Under the pieces are notes generated by a model. That model saw nothing but the letters and a program-made list of their open reading frames with translations, ran no database searches and had not been told where the DNA came from. A stretch of DNA of 64,000 nt. Source: a virus. Made by a program: the position numbers and the translations under genes. Positions 8,634 to 19,600 of the stretch are shown piece by piece. Numbering within the stretch: position 1 is the stretch's first letter; each line of letters opens with the position of its first letter. The DNA lies in the IMG/VR virus record IMGVR_UViG_3300027759_000051, one strand, 5' to 3'.

Positions 8634-10196
8634 TTAGTTGGTGTCTGTGTCTGATTGGAGCAACTCAAACTCAACCAAAGATGCGATGAAACTTTCATCA
8701 ACATTCCCTGACTTCTTTGACATATCTCCACCCATAACCCAATTTGGTGGGATCAAGTTTTCTTTTCCAAGATCCTTGGCACGCTTCATGATGTGAAGTC
8801 TTGCTGCTTCTTTATCCTTGGCACGACCATAGGACTGCACCGCGTTACGCAAGTCTTCTTCTGAAGTTATTGGGTAAGATCCATCAGGAAGGGCCATTCC
8901 TTCCTTAGCAAGAGACATTCTCTTATCATCAGAGAAAGCTCTCTTCAAGGCGATCTCTGCTGCTTCAGCTTCAATCTCTTGTGCTTCCTCTGATTCGTAC
9001 TTGTCGTAGCCAAGAACTTCGCCATCAAGTGACACGAAAACATCGTATGACTTTCCATCTATTCCATCAATCTCTACAGCGTATGAGTCAACGCCTTCAA
9101 ATACGTCTGGCTCAACTGCGATTACTTGTCCCTCTATTGACTTGATTGCAATTTCAGCAGCATCAGAGAAACCAATAACAGTCATTCCACTAAGTGCTGA
9201 CTTTTGCTCAAAGACTGACTCGTCAAGTTTGTGGAAACCAACAACTTCTGCTGAAGTTCCATCAACGAAAACTTCACGTACTTGACCATCTTTTGTTTGA
9301 ACATCAACAACGAACATGTCAGCGGCAGCGGAGTATCCAGAGTCAATGACTATTCCCTTGAATTGTGATTCAACCAATCCTTCAATTTGAAGTAATCCGG
9401 GGAATCCTTTTTCTGAGATGCATCCACCTGGGCAGTCATCACATACTGCTGCGTTGCCGGGGTGTGTCTTTCTCTCAATTGCGCAAACGTATCCGTTTTT
9501 GCCAATTTCGGCAGCCTTCATACCCATTGATTCAATTCTGCGCTTACGCATGTCTTCGAGCATCATGGCTTTTTCTTCGTCCATCATCTCGTCGTCTTCT
9601 TCTTCATCTTCCATCATAGGCACGCCCATGCCCATGCCTTTTTTCTTCTTTGGCATCGTATTCATGCCGTACATCTTCTCTTCGCCGTACTCTGCTGCTT
9701 CAAGCTCTTCGTCTGACATTTCTGCCATCATGCCCATTGGCGATGGAGCATTACGCTTGCCCATGCCTTTTTTCTTAGGCATGCCGTGCATGCCCTTTTC
9801 TTCGGTCATTTCTTCGCCCATTTGCTCTGGAACATAAGGCAGTTTTCCGTACTTTTTCTTATATCCATCCCAGCCATACTGCTTGTAGTAGGACATCTTC
9901 ATCTCGTCCATGTCTTCTGGAGACTCAACTTCTTCTTCTATCTCGTCGGCTTCTTCGTCGCCTTCGCCGAGATAGATATTTACTTCGTTCTCATCTTCCG
10001 ACATCTCTTCATCTTCCATCATTTCCTTATTTTTGGAAATTGGAATCATTTTCATCTCAACTGGAGCTGCTCCACACTTTGCACATACCGCTGCGCCAGC
10101 CTTGTAGCCGCAATCGGTGGCTACTGCACCTTTTGCACATTTAAGGACATTTCCTTCTCCGTCAATGCTTAACATTGGTTTATTTTCAGTTTCCAT
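8634..10196 (-). CDS. Head-region protein with Cys motifs, Met/Glu/Lys low-complexity tract, PepSY-like repeats and a C-terminal ALPDGSYPI domain
   Basis: AAEIAIKSIEGQVIAVE...YAVEI...YDVFVSLDGEVLG is PepSY-like; SD AGGAG upstream. Confidence 0.6.
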   Translation of the reverse strand: METENKPMLSIDGEGNVLKCAKGAVATDCGYKAGAAVCAKCGAAPVEMKMIPISKNKEMMEDEEMSEDENEVNIYLGEGDEEADEIEEEVESPEDMDEMKMSYYKQYGWDGYKKKYGKLPYVPEQMGEEMTEEKGMHGMPKKKGMGKRNAPSPMGMMAEMSDEELEAAEYGEEKMYGMNTMPKKKKGMGMGVPMMEDEEEDDEMMDEEKAMMLEDMRKRRIESMGMKAAEIGKNGYVCAIERKTHPGNAAVCDDCPGGCISEKGFPGLLQIEGLVESQFKGIVIDSGYSAAADMFVVDVQTKDGQVREVFVDGTSAEVVGFHKLDESVFEQKSALSGMTVIGFSDAAEIAIKSIEGQVIAVEPDVFEGVDSYAVEIDGIDGKSYDVFVSLDGEVLGYDKYESEEAQEIEAEAAEIALKRAFSDDKRMSLAKEGMALPDGSYPITSEEDLRNAVQSYGRAKDKEAARLHIMKRAKDLGKENLIPPNWVMGGDMSKKSGNVDESFIASLVEFELLQSDTDTN

Positions 10197-10301
10197 GAAT
10201 TCTGGCTCCTAAGTGTCGTGCCGTAAAATTATACCTAAAATTTAGTCTATAAAAATAACTTATGATGAAAGAGTACCCTATTATTCGCTGAGAATAATGG
10301 A

Positions 10302-13300
10302 TCATTTCTTTTTTCTTGTTGTTGGTTTCCTTGTTGTTGCTGATCTCTTCTTTGGTGCTGGGCGTGATGCTTTTACGGCATCTGCCCTTTCCTTTGCTTC
10401 TTGCCTCGCTTCGTTGGCAATAGCGTCTGCTCTGTCTTGCGCTTCCTTGAGGGCTGGAACGTTCTCAATTATGTAATCAACGGCTTTTTGTGCAGATGTT
10501 GCTGCGCGCATCAAGCCGTCTGGATCATCTTTTAGCCTCTGTACCCAGAATGCGAGGTATTGAGCATGGTCTTCTCTCGGCTCAACAGTTATGTCAAGTA
10601 TTGACATAAGGTATGCCGTTCCAAGTTCTGCTATTAATTCCTCAAATGCATATTCTGACTCAACTTTGGGTGAACCCATGTTTGGCCTATCAAGACGACT
10701 GCTGTGCCCAGTCCAGTGAACTATCTCGTGGAGAAGTGTTCCGTAGTACCCCTCTGGAGATGAGAACTCCGAGAATGGCGGGATTACTATCTTGTCTTGA
10801 AGGGGGCTGAAGTATGCCCTATCTCCAGAATGGTTGAGGTCAATATTTAGAGCTTTAGAGATGTCATCAACATCTGTTCTTCTCATGTCCTCAGGCAATG
10901 CATCCTCAGGGTCGTATATTGAACGATCTATCCCTTCAACCTGATCTAAGTTGAAAACATAACTTTCGCGGAGTATTCCACGGCTCTCCGTTTTAAGTTC
11001 TCCTGGATTGTTCCTATCTTCAACTTCCCTGCCAACTCTTGAGTAGAAGATAATTGGAGTTCCTTTTTCTCCCTTTTTGACACTTCCACCCTTGCTCTTC
11101 CATTGGTCAAAAGAAGCCCATATTGGCTTTTCGTAGCCACCTTCCTGCTGGGCTATTGAGAGCATTAGTGTATTTATGCCTCTGTATCTGGCCTTAGTCG
11201 TGCCGTTTTGAGGAGTCATTCCACCCATGCGCCATGGCGGTGACCATCTTGTGCCATTTGCTATTGAATCTTCCATTTGCTGTATAACGCTCTTGGTCAA
11301 TGTCTGGTATAGCTCGTCTCTTCTTCCCGACGAAAGGGGGGCGCCATCGAGCCTTGCTGGGGTTGGAATGTCTGAAATATTTGAATATGCCTTTGGCAGC
11401 GATGGGTACTTAACGTCAACGCGTGCAGTCATTTTCCTATTCGCATTTCCATCTACATTTGAGAATCTTTTTGCGCCACTACTAAGCCCAGACGAAGGAT
11501 TTCCAAATATTTCATCGTACGTAAGGGATGGGAGTCCTTTTTTCTTCGCTGCTAGGTTGTATCTTTCAACCATCTCTTTTTTCTTAGAATCGGAGATACG
11601 TGATGCTTTTCCTGAAATCTTTATTGGCGAAGTAGGGCTAGCAGCCTTTGCTTTTGCTTTTCTTTCTTTCCATCTAGATATTATTCCATCTAGATCTTCC
11701 GACTTACTAAAGTTGAGAATTGCGTATGCTTTACCAACTCTGTTTTTCTCAACAACAGCCTTAAATCTCTCGTAAGCTTCTCCGGCCTGTGACATTCTGT
11801 CAAACTCTCCGACTTCTGGGCCAAATGCATCTGCGGCGCTCTTGATCACGCCACGGTCAATAAGGTGGTCAATATACTGCGATGGAACACCCTTCTTAGC
11901 CCAGTTGTTGAACCCTTGTTTGTCAATAACTAATCCTGTATCTAGTATTTTTTGCAAAACATCTAGTCTATTGTCTGGATCTGCCCCAAGTGCTTGAATT
12001 AGTTTACTCAATGGGAAGTTTGAACTCTCTAGTACAACACCTTGTGGAACCAGTTCCCCAGCATTTGCGCTAGGAGCTTTTGTTACCGTCTCGGCTCCAA
12101 TGACCACATCAGACAAATCGTCCGTGTATCCAAATGGTTCTGGAGATGGGTAAACGCTTCTTAGAATTTCCCCATCCTCAAGCAGTGCTCGGAATGAATC
12201 TTTTGCTCTATCTGAATCTCTTGATGTTTTGCCAATAGAAGTTATTGTTGTTTCTTCAGTGCTATCTATCCAGTAAGGAGAGTAGCCAAATCCCCATATT
12301 TGAGTACCAACTACATCTGGGTAGTCAAGGATCCCAATACGGCTACCAACTCCTTGGGATTCTTCGGCTGACTGGAATAAAGCTCCAGCCAAACCCCTAT
12401 CTTTTTCAGGGATTCGGCTAAGTTCTTGTTCGCTTATTACCGAGCTATTCACTCTTCCTTCAGTCAAGCCAAGGAAAATTGCCTCTGTTATTTTACGAAT
12501 ATCAAGTTCTGATACTCCATTACCTTCTGCTGTTATGCTTTCCAGTTCTTTAACTGAAATGTTCAAAGTCTTTGCTATTTGGCTGTCTGGTATTGATTTT
12601 CCAGTTTCGTCAACAAATAAGCTACGGATTTTTGCTCCATCCAGCAACCATTCTCCACCAGGAGAGTGCTCCAAGTTTTGCGTCATTGGTCTTGACTTTA
12701 TTTTTGAACCAATAAATCTTGTTCTTATTTTTTCTTTAATAAGATCATTCATTGGTGGAACATAAGTGCTTCTAGCCCCGGAAGACAAACCTCTGGAAAC
12801 GGTTAGTGGGAGTTGGGTTCTCCTGCTCAACCTGTTAGTTGGCGTTCCATCTCTTTGAACTAAATTAGTTGAAGAGTTTCTATTTGGTTTTCTGAAAACA
12901 GATATTTCTTCAAGTTTTCTTGGAATTGAAACAAGTCTTCCAGAAGTGTTTGGAGTTCCATCATTCCACTCCAGTGGCTTGATCCAGATATTCCTTCTGT
13001 CAACTCTTTCTACCGAGCCCCAGTCTTCTCCGCCAACCTGCACCATGTCGCCAACTTCTACGTTGCTACGTTCTGCTAGTGCTGCGCCAGATGAAAGTCC
13101 AGCTCTAGACCTATTTTCATAGGATCCTGGCCTGTTTCCAAATTCGTTATACCTGTCTGACAGCATACGTACTGCCATGTCTTCTTGTTCTTTGTCTCCG
13201 TCTGCAAAACTAAGCAAATCGTATGCAATTCTTTCGCGCATTGAAGCCAATTCTTCACGCTCATTAGCAAATGATGGTACTGATTCGTACTTTCTTCTAT

Positions 13301-13607
13301 ATCTGCTCTGTGCTTCTGAAACTTCTTTTGGCGTAGAGTTAAGCCTCTTGGCTATGTCTTCTGGAGTTAGTCCTTCGTAGCCAAGTAACCACATTTCACG
13401 GTCATTTGCGCGCTCTTCTACTCTTGCTGTTGCGCCAGATGTCCTTGAGGTACTTTTGCCTGAACTTAATTCTCTGTACTCGTCGGATGACGGGCCTGGT
13501 CTTCTTTTTCCTGGGCGTGTTTGTGCGCGTAGGATATCCCTATCCGCAAATTTCTGCCTATCTTCTTCAGACCAGGGGCGACGATTTGATACCTCGCCCC
13601 TTACCCT
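10302..13607 (-). CDS. HTH/SH3-like modules plus C-terminal ArdC-type antirestriction domain; probably the -1 frameshift extension of the protease polyprotein
   Basis: Frame is open 71 codons upstream of the track Met (13394), up to the slippery site; YRGINTLML, WASFDQW, VKKGEKG, VFNLDQV, LLHEIVHWTGH, YAFEELIAELG. Confidence 0.8.
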   Translation of the reverse strand, partial: RVRGEVSNRRPWSEEDRQKFADRDILRAQTRPGKRRPGPSSDEYRELSSGKSTSRTSGATARVEERANDREMWLLGYEGLTPEDIAKRLNSTPKEVSEAQSRYRRKYESVPSFANEREELASMRERIAYDLLSFADGDKEQEDMAVRMLSDRYNEFGNRPGSYENRSRAGLSSGAALAERSNVEVGDMVQVGGEDWGSVERVDRRNIWIKPLEWNDGTPNTSGRLVSIPRKLEEISVFRKPNRNSSTNLVQRDGTPTNRLSRRTQLPLTVSRGLSSGARSTYVPPMNDLIKEKIRTRFIGSKIKSRPMTQNLEHSPGGEWLLDGAKIRSLFVDETGKSIPDSQIAKTLNISVKELESITAEGNGVSELDIRKITEAIFLGLTEGRVNSSVISEQELSRIPEKDRGLAGALFQSAEESQGVGSRIGILDYPDVVGTQIWGFGYSPYWIDSTEETTITSIGKTSRDSDRAKDSFRALLEDGEILRSVYPSPEPFGYTDDLSDVVIGAETVTKAPSANAGELVPQGVVLESSNFPLSKLIQALGADPDNRLDVLQKILDTGLVIDKQGFNNWAKKGVPSQYIDHLIDRGVIKSAADAFGPEVGEFDRMSQAGEAYERFKAVVEKNRVGKAYAILNFSKSEDLDGIISRWKERKAKAKAASPTSPIKISGKASRISDSKKKEMVERYNLAAKKKGLPSLTYDEIFGNPSSGLSSGAKRFSNVDGNANRKMTARVDVKYPSLPKAYSNISDIPTPARLDGAPLSSGRRDELYQTLTKSVIQQMEDSIANGTRWSPPWRMGGMTPQNGTTKARYRGINTLMLSIAQQEGGYEKPIWASFDQWKSKGGSVKKGEKGTPIIFYSRVGREVEDRNNPGELKTESRGILRESYVFNLDQVEGIDRSIYDPEDALPEDMRRTDVDDISKALNIDLNHSGDRAYFSPLQDKIVIPPFSEFSSPEGYYGTLLHEIVHWTGHSSRLDRPNMGSPKVESEYAFEELIAELGTAYLMSILDITVEPREDHAQYLAFWVQRLKDDPDGLMRAATSAQKAVDYIIENVPALKEAQDRADAIANEARQEAKERADAVKASRPAPKKRSATTRKPTTRKKK

Positions 13608-13613
13608 TTTTTT
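13574..13613 (-). other. Putative -1 programmed ribosomal frameshift signal
   Basis: mRNA AGA AAA AAA GGG UAA (A_AAA_AAA at 13613-13607) followed after 5 nt by stem AGGGGCGA/UCGCCCCU; the -1 frame is that of the downstream ORF. Confidence 0.75.
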
Positions 13614-16600
13614 CTGTTACGTCCTGACGAGAGTCCACGCCCAGAATCTCTTCCAGACATTTCTCCGCTATCTTCACGCATTATCAAGTCGCTCTCAAGC
13701 CCAGCGATCCATCTCTTGAAAGAAGGGTCATTTGGGTTTGGGGACTTGCCTGTTTCACGCCTGTAGCTTGCGAACGCAGAAGCCCTCTCAGATGACGGAC
13801 GGCTCATGAATGAACTGTACATCCTGTCGGTTTCTGCCATGTCGGCATCAAGCAATGACTCACGTCTAGCGCTGTTCTCATCTGCGGCTATTGTGTCTTG
13901 CATCATCTCACGACGCCCAGATGAGAGGGAAGAACGTCGAGCGCTTCTTGGGTTACCAGAATCACTGAAGTTCATGTAGTTAGCAACCATGTCATTAACC
14001 TGTGCTGACATTTTACCATCACCAAAAAATGCAGCTTCCGATACTTCTTCTGCCAAATCGTCTCGATTGCTTCTATATTCATCAAGCTGTTGATTAAGTT
14101 CATTTACTCTTGAGTTTATTTCTTCAACCAATTTTGTGTATTCGTCTAGTTCAATGTCGCCTTCATCAAGATCCATTCTTGCTGACTCAAGTTCAAGTTT
14201 TGCTGCCTCAACTTCTCTATATGTATCCGGAATTAGTTCTCTTGCATCTTCTAAATCCTGAGACTTCCTGTCGTACCTGTCCTCAAACATTTCAACTTCA
14301 TCACGGATCTTTTGAATAAAATCATCAAGATCAGCAAGACTATCAACCGTTTCCGAACGTAATGGACCTCCATTATTTTTGTCAAAGTCGTATACGTCCA
14401 TTGCGTTTATTTGTCTTTGTACGTCTGGATTTTTTTCGTATACTGCTTTTACTATTTCTTCACGCACCTTGAGAGCATGTTCCAATTTTGCAAGTTGGTA
14501 ATTTCTTATTTCATCTCGATATGGTGCTGAGTTTTCTGCGTTTGGCATTACATATGAATACAGTTGTTCACCTGAAAATTCTTTTTCAACTTCTGGTGTC
14601 TCTGCCAAAACTTGAATAGCTGCTGTCCTGAGGGACGATTCGTTATTTGCATCAATCCTCTCGTAAGCATCGCCCATTGGCTCAAACTTCATTCCAGAAG
14701 ACATTCCTCTTGTTGCTGTTGAACTGTATACAGATCCAGCTACCGTTCCTACGTCTACGCCGTCGCTGTCACTTCTGCTGCGTCCAGAGGAGAGTCCCCT
14801 TGCGCTGCTTGGTGTTCTAGGCTTGCTAGGAACGTCAACATCTTGCAATGCTGCGTTGACTGCGTTTGTCGCTTCTGCTTCAAGTTTAAAGATTTCATTT
14901 ATATTTTCTTTTTCTGAAGCATTTAGAGCTGGGTCATTTGCTTGTAGTTTTGATGCAACTTCTTTATAGCGGTTTAATTCAAGTTCAATCTGTTTTGCCT
15001 GATTGAAAGCCAATACCCGTATAACGTTTTCGTCAGGTATCAAAGCAGCAACATCATTAAAAACTAAACCAGAAAGAATCTCTTCTGCGTCTTCATCATC
15101 TTTTGCTTGTCCGCTGTCTACGAGGACATTTACTAAATTCCAATCTTTTATTAGATCCTGCTTGGCATCTTCTACATCATAAAATGCACTTTCAGAACCA
15201 ATGTACTCGCCATCTTCATCAAAGTCTTCTGATAAATTTTCTTCAAATATTTCTCTTGCCGTAGATGCTAAATCCTCATCATCTACGTCATATATTTCCT
15301 TGAGCTTTGCGTTGACTATTTTATTATCTTCTGATCGCAGCGCTTCAAGATCTTTATCGGCAGTTTCAAACGATACTCCAGCTAAGCGTAGCTTTTGCTT
15401 GGCTAGCCTTAGTGCTTGAACATCTTTCATACGCTGAGTTGATGGGTGTTCTGCAATAAGATCACTTCTTCTAGAAAGTATATCTTTGTTGGTTTTTAAT
15501 GCAGTGTCATACTCTTGTGCCAGCTCAATTCTTTCTCTTCTTAGCCTTTGCACTTCTCTTGATGGAGATGGTATATCAGTAGCTCTTCTATCGCCGTCAA
15601 AAGTTTCAGGAGCTAACTCTGCTACTGAATCAAGAACATCATGTATCTGCAATGGCGTTGCATTAAACCTGTAAGCAAGTTCATCTACGCTTAGTCCACT
15701 ATGTGAAAAATCTTTAGCTATTGCTTCAGCAACTAATTGCTTTTTGTATTCCGTTTCGTCTTCACTCATCTGCCCAAACTGACGAATACGCTTTGGCTTT
15801 AGTTTTCCATCAAATGGCAATCCCATCCTAAAGCGCCTCGCAGCTGCAAGTCTTTGCACTCTGCCTGATATGGCAGGGCTTTTTTCTCCAGCAACAACTG
15901 GGTATTCGGCTAGGAGTTCTTGGTACGGGATTGTAACGTAGTCCCTCCAGAACATATCGTGGTCTTCTGCTGGTGTATCGGGAGTATCCCAGTTATGTGG
16001 TCGGGTTTTTGATGTTCCGTCATCTGGAGTGTCATAAACCCATTGTCCGGACTTTCCGTCCCAACGCGGCCTATGAGGTTCTCCATTGAGTTGTGCGTAA
16101 TCGCTTGGATCTCTCTTTGAAGGATCGTATTCCTCTCCGTACCTACCAGAAGACAGACCACCCCTGCCGTAAGGCCTATCAAGGTAGTCATCGTACGCAC
16201 TGGTCATTGCCTCAAGCGTGTTGCCATTAGCCATTCCTATGTACCGATTATGAATGGCATCACTTTCTTCCCAGTACCCAACTATGCTTGCTGCATCATC
16301 TGAAGAAACGCCATTTTCCTTGAGTGCGTTAATCGCGTCTCTTCTGAAGTTTGCTGAATAACCATATTTTGCTGGATTGTCTTCAAAGTCGGCTTTGGCA
16401 ATTTCTGGGTCATAATCACGCGAACCGGGTCGTTCGCTGTTTGCATTGTCTACGAAATAAATCTGCTCAATATTGGATCGTTCATTGTCGCTGAGTTCTT
16501 CCCATGAGGAGAATGGTTTACCTAGTTCTCTTCTTCCAGAAGACAATCCTCTTCTGCCTGAAGACATTCCTGCTCTGCTGTATGGGCCAGATGACGTGCT

Positions 16601-19600
16601 TTGCCTGCTTGCTCCAGGGATAAGTCCCTCTATTCTGTCAAGCCTGAATGTCCTATATTCACCGGACTCGCTATCTATGCCACCAAAGTAAAGAGCTCCA
16701 GCCTTTGACCGACGAAGAGAGTCGTAAATACCATTATCCGACTCTGCTCTGATCTCACGCATTTTGCCGTTGTACTTGAATGCAACCGCATCTGGGGAAA
16801 CAAACAAGTATCTGAAGTTTGCACCAATGTCATCGGTGCGGGCTGCTGCCTCTTCTGGGGTTATGTTTGCTGGGTCTCCTTGGCGTGGATCAATTCCTCG
16901 TCCAGAAGAGAGACCACCTTCACCTTCTAGGCCAGCCTCAAGTTCGGATGAAGTCTTTAAAAAGTTCCGCTGCTCATCTTCGGACATTGAATCTTCTATT
17001 GCTTGCCTGATGTCATAACTGTCTTCATCGTACGAGCGGTACCCAAAGTCGCCGGGGCGGTTTTTGTAGTCGGACTTATTGATGCCGTGGTTTCTTTCTA
17101 AATAATCCCAACCAGGGTCGTCGCTTAGTGAACTCGTAGTGTTGGTCAGTACTTCATATACTTCGTAACCTAGATCTTCAGTGGAAAATTCGTCTATTTC
17201 TTTCAGGCGCTCAGCCAATGGCACATCTTTGCCAAGGGAGTTGACGACAAGTTTTTCACCAGTTGGCTTTTTACCAGAAGACAGACCACCTTCTGGAATA
17301 AATATACCTCTAGTTGCGCCACTTTCATAGTCTCTTATTGACTTTTCAAACTGTTCTGGCGTCATATTTGCTCTGAGGGCGGTAAGGAAATCCTCGCCAG
17401 TCATTTCATCAATAGACTCTGATATATATGCTTCTTCAACTTCATCGCTTGATGGGCTGTAGTCACGTTCTGACCCACGTGATCCAGATGACTCAAAACC
17501 AAAATCAACACTGCCCGCATACGAGTCAAGTTCATCTTCATCCGGCATGCCACCATAAACGGCATCATAGATCTCTGCGTCACTCATCACGTCCCGTGCG
17601 GAGTTTGATGAATAGTCATACCAAGAGTTATCACCTGTAATCGTTCCGTCAGATATCAACTTCTCAATTACGTCTGCGTATTTTTTATCATTATCAGAAA
17701 GGTTTATATAAACTTCTTCTTTGCGATGATCGGGAAGTGCTGCAACCATCCTCAGTCGTTCTTTTAATTGCTCAGGAGACATTCTTCTACCAGAAGACAG
17801 ACCACCCCTGCCATACGGTCTATCAAGGTAGTCGTCGTAAGCACTGGTCATTGCCTCAAGCGTGTCGCCATTTGCATTTCTCAGGTAGCGCTTATGAATA
17901 GCGTCATTCTGTTCCCAGTTGGCAACTATGTCTCCTGCTTCATCTGAGGAGAGTCCAGTTTTCTTGAGTGCATTGACAGCGTCTCTTCTGAAGTTTGCAG
18001 AGTAACCATACTTTGATGGATTATCTTCAAAGTCTGCTTTAGCAATTTCTGGGTCGTAGTCACGTGAACCAGGACGCTCGCTGCCTGGATTATCCGCAAA
18101 ATACGTCTGCTCAATAGCGGAGCGCTCATTATTGCTGAGTTCTTCGTATGAGGAGAATGGCTTGCCTAGTTCTCTTCTACCAGAAGAGAGACCACCTCGT
18201 TCGGCATCCATTTCGGCAAGCATTTCAAATGCCTTCTCATATTCAGCGTCGTTTGTTTTGTTGTTTCTAAGCTTTTTAATTGTTGGGTGGTCTTCTTCGA
18301 GGACCCCTCTGTCAATCAGGAAATCGGCAAGTGCTTTAGGATCGTTTCCTGCTTCTTCTTCTGCGAGGTCTACCCAACTCTTTTTACCAGAAGAGAGACC
18401 ATCCCGCTGAATATCTGCGGCTAGAATTTCTTGCATTTTCTGTGCAACCAGTGAATTTGGCTCCCCATACTCATTGGTTAATCTATATCCCGGAACGCCC
18501 TCATTTGAAAGAGCTTCCCTTGCTCTTTGCATGATGGAGTCATATTCTGCATCACCAGAATTCGCCATCTCCTCAAGCCTGCGCTCGGCAGTCATCATTG
18601 CTCGATTTTTTGAGGTATTTCTTAGACTTGGGTCAACTGTCCGTTTAGGCTTTCTAGGCTTTGCGGGAATGTCTCCAGATTCATTAAAGCGAATGCCAGA
18701 AGAGAGACCGCCTCTACCGAATCCATATTCGCTTTCGAGTTTGGCTAGACTTTCTCTATCTTCCCTGGCCCAGCCAGAAGTATCTGGAGCGACGGCCATG
18801 AGGAAATCTTTCATTCCTGCGTCAATTCCTGCGTACTGCTGTTCTCTGCTTGAATCTTCCGAGCGGTTAGCTTTGCCTCGTCCTAATTGAGAAACGACGT
18901 CTCTGTACCAACTTGAATACTTCGTAGAAGCCTTCTGCTTTTCATTGAAGTCTTTTGGCTGCTTTGCTGTGCCTTTGCCAAACCAGCGTGACCTTGCGTC
19001 GTTGTAGCCAAGTTCACGACCACGAAGGAAGTCCTCTGAGAATCTGCCACCACGCTCGTCTTGCTGACGCCCAATCGTGGTGAAGCTCATGTCCATGCCA
19101 GCTTCCCATGCATCAATCAGTTTGTCATGCGCTTCTCTCTTTGCATTTTCTTCTGCATTTGGGAATTGCTTCTCAAGGTCACGATCCCTATTTGAGTGAC
19201 GGCTCAGATCTCTTTTACCAGAAGATAGAGCTCTCCTGTCTGCTGCTGGTTTCTTGCTTCCGCCTTTTTGCTTCTTGAATGCTGCTGTTGCGCGTGCTGC
19301 GTCAACGACGCCTCTTGTTCCGAAGTCATTGATGCCTGGAATTGCTGGTCTTTGGTATGGAGTTCCTTCTTGAACTAATCCGTCGTTGTCGCCGTCCCAT
19401 GCCTTTGGATTAAATCTTGCAGCCATTCCACGGCCAGCCCTAGCAGTACGTCCTGCAAGGTTTCTGCCGAGTGCTTTTACTGCGTTATTAACTGCTTCTG
19501 CAAAATCTTTATTTACGCCAGATGTGAAAACAATTCCACCATCATCAACATATGCTTCTGCTCGGTAGTAGTCAATGATTGGGTCAATTGCCTGCTTCAT

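Noticed and set aside
13395-13603. Stop-codon readthrough joining the two ORFs
   Set aside because: The 0 frame hits another TAA about 45 codons later and is not the frame of the downstream ORF; only the -1 frame connects.
13622-19231. GLSSG DNA repeats as a CRISPR array or attC-like sites
   Set aside because: Spacing is irregular, copies are in frame with synonymous variation, and they are not palindromic.
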